From Octopus bimaculoides (Eukaryota), in assembly GCF_001194135.2 (NCBI RefSeq), contig NC_068991.1:56255354-56319353 (forward strand): 64,000 bases of DNA, in the 5' to 3' direction. The notes under the pieces were generated by a model that searched no databases, was not told the origin of the DNA, and worked only from the letters and a program-made list of their open reading frames with translations. This document shows, in pieces, positions 63,004 to 64,000 of this stretch (position 1 is the stretch's first letter; each line of letters opens with the position of its first letter). A program made the translations under genes and the position numbers.

Positions 63004-64000
63004 GCAATGTTTCTTTGCAATAAATATAGCCTAATAGCAATGTTGATAGACAAGAAGAATTGCTTTACATCAAAAAGTAATAATAAAAAGGAAGAACCTA
63101 TTTTGAACTTCTTAATATCTCAGGAAGTTAGCAAAATAAAATAGAATAAAAAAATAAAACTACAAGATTCTTCGATCTTGCAGTTTATTACTAAACGGGG
63201 GAGAAGAATTAACAATGTAAATCGAAAATTTGAAACCAGCAGTGTTAAAAGTATGCATGCGTGTGTGTTTATATGGGTATGTGGTAAAAGAAATTAGCTT
63301 CACAACTATGCGGTTCAACCCTACTGTGTGGCATCTTGGGCAAGAGTATTCTACCGTGGCCTCAGGATGACCAATACCTAGTGAGTAGAATTTTGTAGAT
63401 GGAAACTGTGCAGAAGCCTATCTTGTATGTATGTATCTATTTGTCTGCCTGTCGATCTATCTAAACACACACACACACACATACATACATACATACGTGA
63501 TGCATGGTTGGATGAGTGAGAGAGAGAGAGGTTAAGTGGAAATGGAAAGTTACAAATACATGTAAGAGTTATTGTTTGGGCAAAAAGAACTGAGAGTCAA
63601 TACCTGGATGTAACTATCTCAAGCCCTAGGACTCACAGTGCTGGCCATCCAGTTTCCATGAATCTCATTGCAGTGAATGAGATCATATTTCCCTTGAATG
63701 GGATGCCAGTCCACTGCAGAGTTATTCATTTACAGCTGAGTAAGCTGGAGCAAAATGAAATGAAGATTTTGCACACAAGAACACAATGCATCAGCTAGAC
63801 CAGGAATCAAGACCATGACCTCGTGACTGAGTGCAACATTCTAATTCATTAGGCTATGTGCCTTCATGCTCTCTTTCAAAGGTTGCTAAAACATGTACCA
63901 GCTATGTACTGGAGTTGATTCAATTGGTTAAACTACTACTTTACAAACTTGTGTCTGTATGCTAAATTATTATTGAAAAGTTTGGACTAAATGTCTTATA

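Overview
AT-rich, repeat-dense eukaryotic DNA with 12 assembly gaps and many (CA)n/(GA)n/(TA)n microsatellites. The tRNA-derived SINE families look like those of Octopus (an inference from recalled repeat families, not from a search). Almost all supplied ORFs are artefacts of microsatellites, N-runs or repeats. What the sequence supports: (1) dozens of SINE copies from about four families, decayed RTE-type LINE fragments, a Tigger/pogo HTH remnant and several MITEs (hAT-like, TTAA/piggyBac-like, Tc1/mariner-like), some nested with visible target-site duplications. (2) The 5' part of a probable large-intron gene on the + strand, reconstructed by eye from splice signals: a non-coding exon ending at 6918, a 22-nt exon carrying ATG+G (7153-7174), a possible alternative start exon (46515-46575), a 27-nt phase-1 microexon (58586-58612, AFIEWCCKF), a 68-nt exon (61390-61457) and several weaker microexon candidates. 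I do not recognise the product. (3) The strongest unexplained signal: six or seven unrelated minimal type I hammerhead-ribozyme motifs (CUGANGA...GAAA-palindrome-UH) of the kind known from Penelope-like elements. Three sit in or on long inverted repeats and one is cut in half by an assembly gap. No rRNA, bona fide tRNA, CRISPR array or intact transposase/RT ORF was found.
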